Position numbers and translations under genes: made by a program. From Antedon mediterranea (Eukaryota; Animalia; Echinodermata), in assembly GCF_964355755.1 (NCBI RefSeq), contig NC_092671.1, positions 9,362,001 to 9,426,000 of the forward strand: a stretch of DNA of 64,000 nt, read 5' to 3'. How positions within the stretch are numbered: the stretch's first letter is position 1; every line of letters begins with the position of its first letter. The notes under the pieces were generated by a model that was not told where the DNA came from, searched no databases, and saw nothing but the letters and a program-made list of their open reading frames with translations. This document shows, piece after piece, positions 52,101 to 64,000 of the stretch.

Positions 52101-55100
52101 CTATTGATTGCTCAGACGCGTCGCTCCCAAACTTTGAATTGCAGTGTCAAGTTGATGAATCGTCCGCAACTGAAAATACCAAAGAGGAAATCTTAAGTAT
52201 AAAACATAATTATATTCCTGGGATATACACAGTTACTGGTACTGTGTACAACCTGGCCAGTGAGCAAGTTGTAACCCTGACTGTTCAGACACAAGAACCA
52301 CTTGAAGGCTGTGACATTGTCACATATTACGTAGATAGAAGAGGTAATGAAATTCGTGGCGGTGGTCCTGCAAATAACTACTTCCCTATAAAACATCCAG
52401 TAGTGTTATCTGCTAATCACACGCATGGTACTGGACTTAGATACGGATGGAGATTTGGAGATGGTGGAGTTCTTTTCACAAATGATTTATACACTCCACA
52501 TAAATACAATACTGCTAAAAGCTACTCAGTCAGATTGTATTCCAGAAACATTTTTGGATCAATAGAATGCACTACAGACATTTTTATTCAGAAGGCTGTG
52601 GTTGGGTTATTTCTTGCACATAGTGGCCCTACACCTGAATATCAACCAATCACAGTTGTTGTCTTTGTTGCACAGGCTGGTACATCAGCAACGTATATTC
52701 TGGATGTGCCGAATGAGATAAACATGACTTATTATCTGGAAACTCCATTATCGGATCAAAATTCCATCGAAGAAGCTTTGGAAATCATAGACGATAATTT
52801 ATTCCTTCCATTTGATCCTTTCACACATGCTGTGACGACTCTTAATCTTACTTTTAACTCCACTAATAACTACAAGATTGATGTTTTTGGATTCAACTTT
52901 GCATCATCTTCATTTGCGACAACATATTTACCAATCACTAAAGAACCATGTCAGCTACCAAAAGTCATCATACTTGGTGGCAGCAAAAACTTCAGTAATC
53001 CTTTGACAATAAGAAAAAGTTTCAGCATCATTTTGTTTTCAGACATTTCCGTCTTCTGCCAGAAAACCATTTCTGTCACCATTAATTGGTCTGTTTATGT
53101 CCTTGAGTTCTTTAATCGAGAACCACTGCCAATCGATGACTTAAGTAGGTACCCTCTACCAAACGATGTCTTGCTTGATCAAGCCCAGCTTATACTCCCA
53201 AAGGCAGTTCTTGATTATGGTGGCTACATTATCCAACTTACTGTTACCATGGACAACCAAGCACATGTCAGCAATTCTAATCATACATACTTAGAGGTGG
53301 TTCCTTCAAAGCTTGTTGCGAAACTCTCTGGTGGACATTTTGTTACGCTTAGCAGGAATGAAAGCTTGGTTTTGAATGCATCTTTATCTTATGATCCTGA
53401 TGCAATTAATATCACCAGAAGTAGTGATGCTATAGCTGAAGGCTTGGGAACTAATTTGCCCTGGGATCAAGAGCTCGGCATTTCATGGTCGTGCAGACTT
53501 CTAAATGAGATATCATCAGGTAGGATATGGTGTATGTTCTTTTCATATCTTTTCACACATCCATCTTTTCAACCATTCACTTTCAGATCCATACACATCA
53601 CCTCCTATCTACCTAGTTTTTGATTTATACTCAAATATAACATAAAAACGCATATATAACAATGGCCTCTCCTTTCCATAGGTAACGGTTGCTATCGAGA
53701 AGGGCATGATGGCTTAGTACAAGGAATATTGGTGCAAACTATCCCCATGAACAGTCTCATTCAAACTGATTTCTATATATTCTCAATCAATGTTACCAAG
53801 GAGGGACGAAAAAGTGCAACATTTGAGCAGAAGGTTACACTCATTAATGGCAATATACCTACTATGGAAATTATGTAATTTTATTTTCAAACTTGTTAGC
53901 TTAAAGGTAACAAATAATTAAGGGTGGTAAATATATTTTAAAGAATCTACTAGAAGGAATATAAAAGACAATTAAGCTAAATTTAATGTTTTAAAATATA
54001 ATTTAGCTTAGGTGGTATAGATTTAGGCTGGGTGAGATACTTACATCTTCTCATCAGCTGTACATAATTCCATTTTTTTAGATGCATTCAGAATTGTAAG
54101 TACAAAACTAGCCCATCTCACCGGCTTGTGGTGAAAGCTGTTTGTCAAAACTGTGGCAACAACACCGAAAATATCCACTACAATTGGTACATGCCGTTGT
54201 CTGGAACTGTCAGTGGTAACATAACAGGCAAGTATATCACTTAAAAAAATACTTAAGAATATTATATAATAATGGGCTGAGAATCCTTTAAATTAAACTA
54301 GTAGAAGTGTTTTATTATTTTTTAATATTAATAAAATTGATATTTTTCTATTTTGCAGACTCTGACAGCAAATATTTTGTGGTTCCTCCGTCCACATTAC
54401 TAACACAAACAGAAGTATCCTTGCTAGTCTTTCTTAGTGCAAACCGGGATGACTTGTATGTGGCTGGACGTGCAGACTATGAGGTCAATGTTGGGTCACT
54501 GCCACAATCAGGAACATGCGATATTATTCCTACATCAGGAATATCATTTGACACATCATTCTCCATCAGTTGCAATGGATATACGACTCAAGAGCTGCCT
54601 CTAAGTTATAGTTTCTTCTACAATCATGGACCAGCAGACACACTGACAAGTTTGTATACTCTGATCTACCATAGCCCAGAGAGCAACACTCCACTGTTCA
54701 CTCTGCCTGCAGGTGAAGGAGACGGTGACATTGTACAGATTCTAATTAAAGTGACTGATGCATTAGGATCATTTGTTGAAGATACTTTACAAGTACAGGT
54801 ATGTATAAATAAATATGGTTGATTATTTTTAATTTGCTTGTTTTAACATTACTGTACAACACCCAATCACAATTTATCATTTTTGCTTTTCAGGTAACAG
54901 CCCCTATACCTGAAGTGGTAGAGTCCAAGTTGCTAGCTCTGACTTCTGACCAATCAACTACCTTGTTAGATGAATTGATAGCAAAAGGAGACACACAGAA
55001 ATCTGTGAAGTACATTGGTGACCTGGCAGTCATGCTGAATCAAGTATCAAGACAAGATCATGGAACGTGGGACAGTCAAATAAACCAGCAGGTATTTTAA

Positions 55101-58100
55101 CACAGTTAAAGGTTAAATTCTGGCGGTTACAAATAATCATACAACTGCAATTGTTCAATCAATTAAAGATTTAAGCAGATTGTGCCTCCTACCATAAATT
55201 TTAGTGGTTAATCAATTTTAATTGCTCTCATAAATCATGTGCATCTATCTGTTACTTGTACAGCTTTTCTACATGTTCTCCTCTCTGTATTTTTAAAGTT
55301 ATGTAGTTCCTCATTCCGTTGTTTGTTTGGTGCTCAAGCAAACCTGAGAATGAACACCAGCCTTACATGGTTGATATTTGCTTTTGTGTAGGTGCGATCC
55401 AAGCTTGTGGATGATGTTGACAATATCGTACTGCAGACAGTGGAATCTTTGCAGCAAACATCATCGGTGCTACAACAGATTATTAATGAGCCAGAGGAGT
55501 TGAGCTTTCAAACACAGGTAGTTTGTGACTTTTATATGTTATTTCAAGGAATGGAGCAAAGAAATTACATGACATAACTAGATCCTAGGTCATTGTAAGT
55601 CGTAAGCTCCCTAATATCTGTGAAAATTTAGATGACTTGTTCTCCATATTATCTATAAAAAAGCTGTTAGTGTAGTTGTGAGGCTTATATACAGTAGATA
55701 GTGTCCATGAGATGATGAAGCCTGTAATTGGTATTGTTTATCCTACACTATTCAACCATGTAAGGCCGGTGTTCAATGTTCATTTTTAGTTCTTGATTTT
55801 GTTTATTTACAGGTTAAATCCTCGGAGAAATATACAGATATGCTGAGCATATTGGAGACAGACCTCAGTGACCAATTGAATGAAGAAAGTGTATTTGCAA
55901 TATCAACCAACTTCTTTGAAGGTTAGATTAATTTAGTAACTATTAAAACATTACCGTAACTAATTCCTAGTTTAAATAAATAATTCTTGTCTAATTTTGT
56001 TGAGTTTGTTTTCATAGGAGCATCAAACCTACTAAAAGCAGCAAATCGTCGGAGTGATGATTATTACAATAATCTAAGCAATGATCAGCAAGCCTGGGAT
56101 GAATACTTTGCTGATACTAATGCTGTGGTGAAAGAAAATAAAAAAGATATTCCATCCATGCTAGGAATGACCAAAGGTAGGATAAAAGCGAAGTTCATTG
56201 AACCTAGTTTTGTATGAAGTAATGGTATTATATTGATCATTGATGAGAATTTACTAAATGTGACATAATTATTTTTAGCACTGTTGGCTGATGACGTCAA
56301 AGCCGCAGCTGAAAAGGACAAAGAAAATGAACCAATCCCAGAACAATTGCAAAAAGTAAGACTTTTTTTCAGCATAATAATTTCCCTTATTATCTTCATA
56401 ATCATCAAGAAAAATTTAGTTCTTCTCTATAACTTCAAATTTCTTCCAACACTATTTCCACAGAGTCGAAATATAACTAGAAAAATGCTAGCCTTTGTTG
56501 ATGGAGTTTCTAGTCTCATCTTGAAACACAAGGTCCCAGGGGAAGAAGCAGTATTGCTACAGTCAGACCATATGTCACTGCTTCTGAAGAGGGAAGACTT
56601 GCATTCATTAGGCCTAAGATTTTATATGAATCCTGATGGAAGTTGGTTCAAAGTATCCCGAGATATGCTAAGTGAGATACATACCAAATATGGAGATGAA
56701 CTCATGGTACAGGTATGTAGCTAGTTCTTATTCAAAAGTTTTAGAATTAATCTCTGACAAGTGACCAATCAGATTCCAGCATGCTAAGTACATTTGTTAT
56801 AAAATAATCTATTGTCTGATAAATTGTTTTAAAAAACAGGCTTGTACCACCTATTTGTGTTATTAGAAAGTGGTGACTATTATAGGTATTAGATTTAAAC
56901 TGTTTGACAAATTCGGCATTGGTATATGAATAACTGTTTTTAAACAATATTGATATAGGTTATGACAACACCGCAGAACCCGTACACATGGCATGCTAGT
57001 GGGTATGAAGTTAGGACATCAATTGTATCATTGACTATGAAAAATCCACAAGGTAAATCAACATAATGTGTATAATGCATTTTTAACCGAGATTTATGTG
57101 TGGATATTTTTATTGAAAATTTGACTAATATAAATGGAGCAATGTTTAGACTAACCAAAATGTTAGTTTTTTTTTCTGATAAATGCATGGTTATGCATTT
57201 AAAGTCACTGATTTTCAGATAGACTCAAACCTGATTCTATTAATTTTCCATGCAAACAAAACTTGTTGTCACAGACCTAATAACTCAGATTTCTTTTTAC
57301 ATTGAATTAGGAGAAAACTTAGTTATATCAGACTTAAGCTCCAACTTAGAGATGTTGATACCAAGAGGGGAGTCAAGTGCTATTGAATTTGAAACATTAA
57401 GCACTGTACCTAATGAGTTGCTGTTTGTAAACTTCAACATTACTGAGATGTACAGTTCTATCCATATAGACATTGTGCCAACTGATTCTACAACTCAGTT
57501 TACTGCCTACTTGCGGTGAGTTTGTTCATTTGTAATTCAAGTCTTAAAAGACCTAGTTTCATTGTAAAGCTCTGTCTACACTATCAAACTTTATGTGATG
57601 TGCCCATATATGGACATGATGATGTCATATTACTACCATATTTGGGCACATGACATTTTTTTATTCAACTAATTTGATATTGTAGACAGAGCTTAATGCT
57701 AAGGTCTGTTTGCACCTACTGTACAGTGTTATGGTTTTGTATTGTATGCAGCGTACAATTACAGAACCAAAATAACTTTGATTGTTGCGAAAGCTCATGG
57801 TACCATATTAGTAAAAAATACTGTAACACTGATGATAGGAAAGTCACAAATAGCCAGGTGGAGGAGATATAATGCAGAAGATGTGTGCATTGTAAGTTGC
57901 AGAAATAGAAACTGGTACTGGTAAACTATTGTTTTATGATATATAATACATGGTGATGGTGATATACAATATATGACATGGTATCAAACAAGAAAATGTA
58001 TTCCAACACTTCTGATTGTCTTATAATTATGCCTATTATGCCGATTTTTTATAATTTAAATGAAAAAAAACTTACTTATCATTACTTATAACTATTTTAT

Positions 58101-61100
58101 TTTCTATTACAGGTTTGGTTTTCGGCCAACAACACGTTTATATGATCTCCGAATTGAAATGCCGCTACCATCACACAACCTGTATGAATCAAAATTCAAC
58201 TCGACAGCCAATGTCACTACCAACCCTTTCACTTGGTACATAGCTGAGAATGAGCTATTCTCATTTGGCAGCTACTATCTCGCTATAAGGCCTAAACCAG
58301 TACAAAGAGATAAGTATGCTGTGTTATCGGTGAATGATAGCTATGCTGACGATCCTCGTAAGAAGGTGGATTTTGATATCAAAGTTTACAATGCCAGATG
58401 TCTCTTTTGGTCTGAAACGTACGAACAGTGGTTCCCACATGGATGTGAGGTAAGCTTGCCTACAATGATGTCACATCTGACTTCAGTGCTTCAATCATTT
58501 GTAGCCCTGATGCTGCTCTATTGTAAACATACCTTCCCCTTGCAACCAATTTCCTCTACTGGTTATGGCATACTGTACTTATTTTTATGCTAAACTCTTT
58601 TCTTTTTTTAGATGTCTTGTGTTCCATTTTTCAGTCCAGGTTACTTTCGATACATTCACTTGCCTACAAAGTATTCGATGCTTTAAACCTCACTTATATA
58701 GTATTTGAATACGAAAATGATGTGTTCACAAACATAATACACTTTACATACATTTTTTTAAACCATAAATGTTGTCTAAAAAATTACTGCAGGCTTTTTA
58801 AAGCACTGTGTATTAAAAATATAATACATTAAGTTATATTTTTTCATTAGGTTGGAACTCTGACAACGCCATCTTTTACACACTGCCTCTGCAATCACCT
58901 GACCGCATATGGTGGAAGTTTCTTTGTAGCAGAGAAAAAGCAAATATACCATGTTGAAGAGACAATAATCATAGTAGTTGTTGAGGAAAGTCAGCTTATA
59001 TATTATATATTAGGAGGAGTTATGGGATTCTTCCTGTTACTGCTAATAGTAGCACTTAGGCTTGACAGGCAAATTGAAAATAAAGTAAGTACTAGTATAT
59101 CATATCTTTACCAGTTGATTAGTGAATTTCACATCAGTTCAATAATAGGCCTATTGCACAATAAGGTCTATTCAATATGATGGTTCTATATCATTTATAG
59201 CCACTTTTTGTTTTACAAATTTTCAGATGTTTGGTGATCTTCAAAGCGGTCCTTATAATTATCTTGTGACCTTCTTCACCGGCAATGAAATTGATGCTGG
59301 TACAACATCAGAAGTATGTAAAGTCTTGGAAATATATCGTGGAACTTTATCTGTGATTGGACATAGTTAGATTTGACTTTATACATGAAAACAGATGTCT
59401 GAATCTTAGGAATAAAAGAAATTATTTACTTGAAATATCCAATGCTACAGTATTTTCTACAATATCTCTATGTTAATAGGAGTCTCTCAAGTTACACAGA
59501 GTGGTATATTTAATATTGATAAGAGTAATGTAATTCACTTGTTTATCTTTGACTTTTTGTAGATATATGTGAAGATGTCAAGTAGATCAGTTCGAAAAAC
59601 TGCTTTATACCATTTGTGTAACCCTGAAAACTTATTCTTCAAACAAGGAAATGTTGATGCTTTTCTAATGTCAACTCCAAAACCTTTAAGTAACATCACT
59701 TCTCTTACAGTGTGTCTAGATGGCCGTGGATACACACCTTCATGGTAAGTTTTGTCACTAGAAGTAATGAGCATCCAATCAACGTTTATAACAACCAGTA
59801 TAAAATAAATGATAGTCTGGTTATTTTTTACAGGCATTTAAGCCATGCATGTATTCAAGACTGTTGGACTGGTGTAAGATACTTCATATTTTGCAATTGT
59901 TGGATGTCAAAGAACAGTCACCCGAAAACGTTCAAAGTAGCCACGTACAAAGAGCTAGCAGGAAAGATGCATCTCTTTGATACTAATGAAATCCATCATG
60001 GCTTCTGGTCATACTGGAGAACCATTGGAAGTAGTTTAACTTTAGCTGAAATTGTTGTATCGTGGTTGGTTAGTGTGATGATGATTATCTCCTGTTGTGT
60101 TGTCTTCCATGAATTTCTTGGCTGGGAAATTGAAGTTGATATTCCATTCACTTTCTCTACTTCCTCACTAATGTATGGTTTGCAAGCAGGTTTGTTGTCA
60201 ATCCCGGTGCGGTTGGCATTAATGCAACTTTTCAGTTCCATTAGACCACGTTTAGCTTCATTTTTAGTTGAAGAGGATCAAGTACCAACATCATCATCAA
60301 AAGAGATTTTACAATCAGCGCTAAATATAAATCAAAATGCTAATCCACAAGAATCGCCCGATGCTGTAACTGGAGGTGGTGATAAACACAGTTTTATTGA
60401 ATTTGTCTCAAAAGCGTCACTTAAGGAAGAGAAAGAAAACAAATTGCAGGAGTCGTCAAATCAGTATGCAAGAGTTGAAGATGTGAAATCAATTAGTAAT
60501 ATTCTAAATGGAATGAACTCTTCAGACAATGATGGAATGTCATCAAATTCAGAATCTATGGGAGACCTTGATAGTGGTGTAATGTCAGAAAGTGAGGGCT
60601 ATCAGATTATGCAGGAACCAAGTGACTTTGCTAGAAGATTTCATGAATTTTTTCTCACAAATTCTTCGCCTAGTTTTAGAGGGACAGTGAAAGATTTAGG
60701 GTACAATGAATTTAATTACAATAACAATGCAAAGAATGATCCAGCTACTGGTAGTAAAAGACGTGGTAAACAAAAATTTATAAAAAATAAAAACGATGAG
60801 GAAAAGTCTCAAAAAGTGAAATCTGAAGAAACACCAAGAATACAAAGAAGAGAAAGGTTTCCAAAAAACCTATGGAAGAGAAAGCAAATGTCACATGCAG
60901 CACTTGAGCAAAAGCGTATGCTGATTGATAGACCATCTTGTGTTACAATCTTACTAGAAAAACTTGTAAGATTTGTTCACAAGAGATCTCTACCCTGGTT
61001 CGTTGCCATTTGCCTTTGGATACTTTCTCTGATTATAGTTGCTGGTCTTGGCTTCTTTATAATGTACTTTTGTTTACCATATCCAGACATAATATTAATG

Positions 61101-63335
61101 AATCTAACAGTTGCTTTGATATCAGCAGTACTTATAAACATCATAAGATTGCCGATATGGGTCTTCACAGCTGTTCTGGGATCTATATTTTGGAAGAGGT
61201 TATCGATTACAAACACTAAATACATCTTTCCTCCTCTAACTAAAGAAAGGAATTTAAAAGCTTTCAAAAGGTTTCATAAATCCAAACATAGTTCTACAGA
61301 TTCTAGGGTATATGGTTCTATGAACTATCGTCCAAACGCTACTGAAAAAAGAATGAGAAATTTTTGGATGGTTGTAAGAGTAGTTGGAAGAAGTGTGTCA
61401 AGAGCATTGGTGCTTCTGTTAGTCTTTTCTTCCAATGACTCATCAGCATACTACATGAAGAAAGCTACGGAGACCATGTTCGTGTCCGGCTATGAGACCA
61501 ACTCTATATCGTTTCTTAAGGTACAGTGTTTTTATGAATCTTGGTTAATGTATTGTTATGTTAAAACTTATCCACATCCCTATAGTTCTCACAAGAACAT
61601 TTTTAAGATATGGTACCCGAGATGCAAAAGTATAAAGCATGACATTTATTGCTTTCTTTACCTCATTTAGGTAACCAAAGGAGATGATTTCTTTAGATGG
61701 GCAAATGAAACTTTCCATCCATCAGCTTCTATTGTAATCAATAGTATTGAATCTTATGATCACCTTAGGTTTCTTGGATCTCCTCGATTCAGACAATTCA
61801 GAGTTCAAAGGTCACTGTCGGGTAAGTCAACATATTAGTCTATTTTTATAAGAGAACTTAAATACAGTAGTCTAAAACTAAACATTATTTTAGGCAGTAG
61901 TTACCTTTGACCAATAAATTTAAAATTCTTTTCAGATTCTTGCAGGAAGATGAATATAACAAAAATGGTGCATTCACTTTGTGCTGTTACATTTTCATCA
62001 GAAGCAGAAGATCGGACAGAGCATTTTGCTTCTTGGTCAGAGGATGCCACTAGTGGATCACAAGCACCTGGATATAACTACATTTCACCAGAGGAGTCTT
62101 CTGGAGGTGTAACCTACTATGGCAAATATGCTTCTTATTCTAGTGCAGGTTACACTGCTGAACTTGGACCTACCTCTGGAAGAGTGCTGGCAATTATCGA
62201 AAACCTCCACCAAAGCAAATGGATAGATCAATTCACTCGAGCAGTATTTGTTGAATTTGCAGTAATCAATGTATACACTGGTCTGATCTGCCTTGTGACT
62301 TTGGTAATGGAAGTCACTCCTGGTGGCAATGGGGAATCATTTGCAGACTATGCTGTCCTCAGTTATTCCACACCAGCTATGCAACAGTACATTCTAATAG
62401 CCCTAGCCGGATTGACTGTAATATTATTGATGTCAATACTAAGAGAAATGAAACAAAAGGGCAGAGCATTCTATGACAGGCTCAGCAATATTGGTAATCT
62501 TATATTTGTCTGTCTTTCATTGGCAACTATTTACACGTCATATATGTACAGTGAGTCATTAAAAGCTCTTTCATTTGCTGAGGTTAATGTCGCTGCTTTA
62601 CAGGAACTGGTTAATAAAAAACAATTGGCTGATGCATTGGCAACATTGCTGCTAATGCTCACAACTGTGCATTTCTTAGACTTTATGCGCTACATTCCTC
62701 GTCTTAATCAACTAAGAAATTTATTAAAAGCAGTATTAAAGAAAGTTCTCCGTGCTCAGCCTATTTACATAATGATGATGGCGTTGTTTGTGGTCCTTGG
62801 TAAGGTGCTGTATGGCAGTGTTCTTGAGCCATTTTCTTCCTGGGTACAAGGTCTTCAACTTCTGTTAAGAGTTCTTCTGGGAGGGCCAAGAGAAGGAACA
62901 CCAGATAACTGGACTTTACCATACTTTTTAATAGTTGCTGTCATGATGATCAGACTTTCGATTCTTCTTGTCTTTGTGACCCTCATCATTCAAACCTACT
63001 CATCTAAGAAAATAAGATTAGCTTTTGAAGGGTTTGTAGAAAATGGTGTTATCTCAGAAGTCGTTCGCAGAATTCAGAGAACTTATAACACTAAAGAAAC
63101 ATTAGAAAAGGTACGATTCCGGAAAAAATTGGTTGCAAGAAAATGGCGATTATGGAGGAATCAACAAGATCTTACAAAGTCGGTACTAAACAAGTCAAAG
63201 AGAATGGCACGAAAGACCAACAATATTATGGCAGGAGTCATGTCGGAGCATAAGGCATTGTTTAACGATCCTGCTGCTCTGGTTGATGAGGCAATAAGAC
63301 AAAAAAGCCAGATAAATTCCAAAGCAGAAACATAA
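43122..63335 (+). CDS. PKD1: Polycystin-1 family (PKD1/PKD1L/REJ-like) receptor, ~29 exons: signal peptide, WSC, many PKD repeats, REJ, GAIN/GPS, TM1, PLAT, TM segments, TOP and cation-channel-like domain
   Basis: Exon 1 MKTLLFFIAFFQLLTVFG (43122-43173); WSC YEGCFRE..C..C..AALQEGYLCLC; repeated WDFGDG; REJ LNASLSYDPD; GPS CLFW..W..GC|..THCLCNHLTAYG; PLAT TGNEIDAGTTS; YSSAGY..WIDQFTRAVFVEF. Subfamily assignment is uncertain. Confidence 0.9.
43206..43826. repeat. TAGGCCTA/CTAG/TAG-rich palindromic low-complexity tract in PKD1-like intron 1
   Basis: Dense irregular AGGCCT, CTAG, AGCT and (TAG)n words over ~620 bp. Confidence 0.85.
49172..49300. mobile_element. MITE family 1
   Basis: AGCTCTGTCTACACT...AGTGTAAGACAGAGCT with TAA on both flanks. 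Confidence 0.8.
57568..57693. mobile_element. MITE family 1
   Basis: AGCTCTGTCTACACTATCAAA...TTTGATATTGTAGACAGAGCT with TAA on both flanks. Confidence 0.82.
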
Positions 63336-64000
63336 CTTTTTAGTTTGCTCTTAATGTTGATAGAAGTGTAACCTGTATACTACTGTATACACTACTATAA
63401 ATTAACTACTGGGAAACCGGTAAAATTATCAAAATATGGTATATAGTACTATTTGCTGTATGCAGCACAGAACATGCAAGACATACAGACCATTTAGTTA
63501 CCATAAATGTTAACAAATAAACAGTAATTATTCTGTTTTTTTTATCTTAGTAATCTTATATTTTCTTTACTCCTAATCTTGCCAAATGTTGATAAAAGTA
63601 TTATTCTGGTTTTATATTGCTATGTAATATATGTACTTTATTTTCAATATGTTTGTGCAATTTTATTTTATACCGTGTGCAATGTTATCAGAATCACTGT
63701 CCACTTGTGGACTTCTGTATATTATTCCACGCAATTTTTGTGAAATTTAAATTTTTATATAAATTTTTATCTAAATACACTTTATTAAACTTAGACATAT
63801 TTTGTATTATATATTAGGAAAAATTGTTTATAGTATATTTCAAAATGAATATGTCCCAAATTCTTTTTTACCAACTGGAAAACCTGACATTAAGCCAGTC
63901 CTCCGGTATTGGGAGCATATATTCCTAGTAACTATAGAGTATTATTGAATTTCAATCCCATCGCTTTCAAGAATTTTTATTATCATAATAAATAGACAAT

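Noticed and set aside
59712-63335. 652-aa and 461-aa ORFs as separate genes (e.g. a PKD2-like channel)
   Set aside because: They splice in order onto the upstream PLAT/GPS exons as the C-terminal part of one polycystin-1 family gene

Overview
AT-rich, intron-containing animal genomic DNA. The gene set and a Deu/Nin-domain-like SINE suggest an invertebrate deuterostome, possibly an echinoderm; this is inference. Eight protein-coding genes can be assembled by hand: HIGD1 (+), the homeobox gene rough/Ro (-), two tandem single-coding-exon B3GALT1-like GT31 galactosyltransferases (-), PFDN5 (+), POC5 (+), TMEM161 (-), and a ~20 kb polycystin-1 family gene (+; signal peptide-WSC-PKD repeats-REJ-GPS-PLAT-channel). 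Mobile DNA includes a doubly deleted Gypsy LTR element in PFDN5 intron 1 with a long tRNA-Ser primer-binding site, about ten copies of a PIF/Harbinger-type MITE, a 1-kb element with an 8-bp TSD, tRNA-headed SINEs, and a Helentron-like element containing two tRNA-Val pseudogenes. Two U12-type introns are visible. The most unusual unexplained signal is a set of palindromic TAGGCCTA/CTAG-rich tracts lying just downstream of first-exon splice donors. Exon boundaries were read by eye and have no transcript support.
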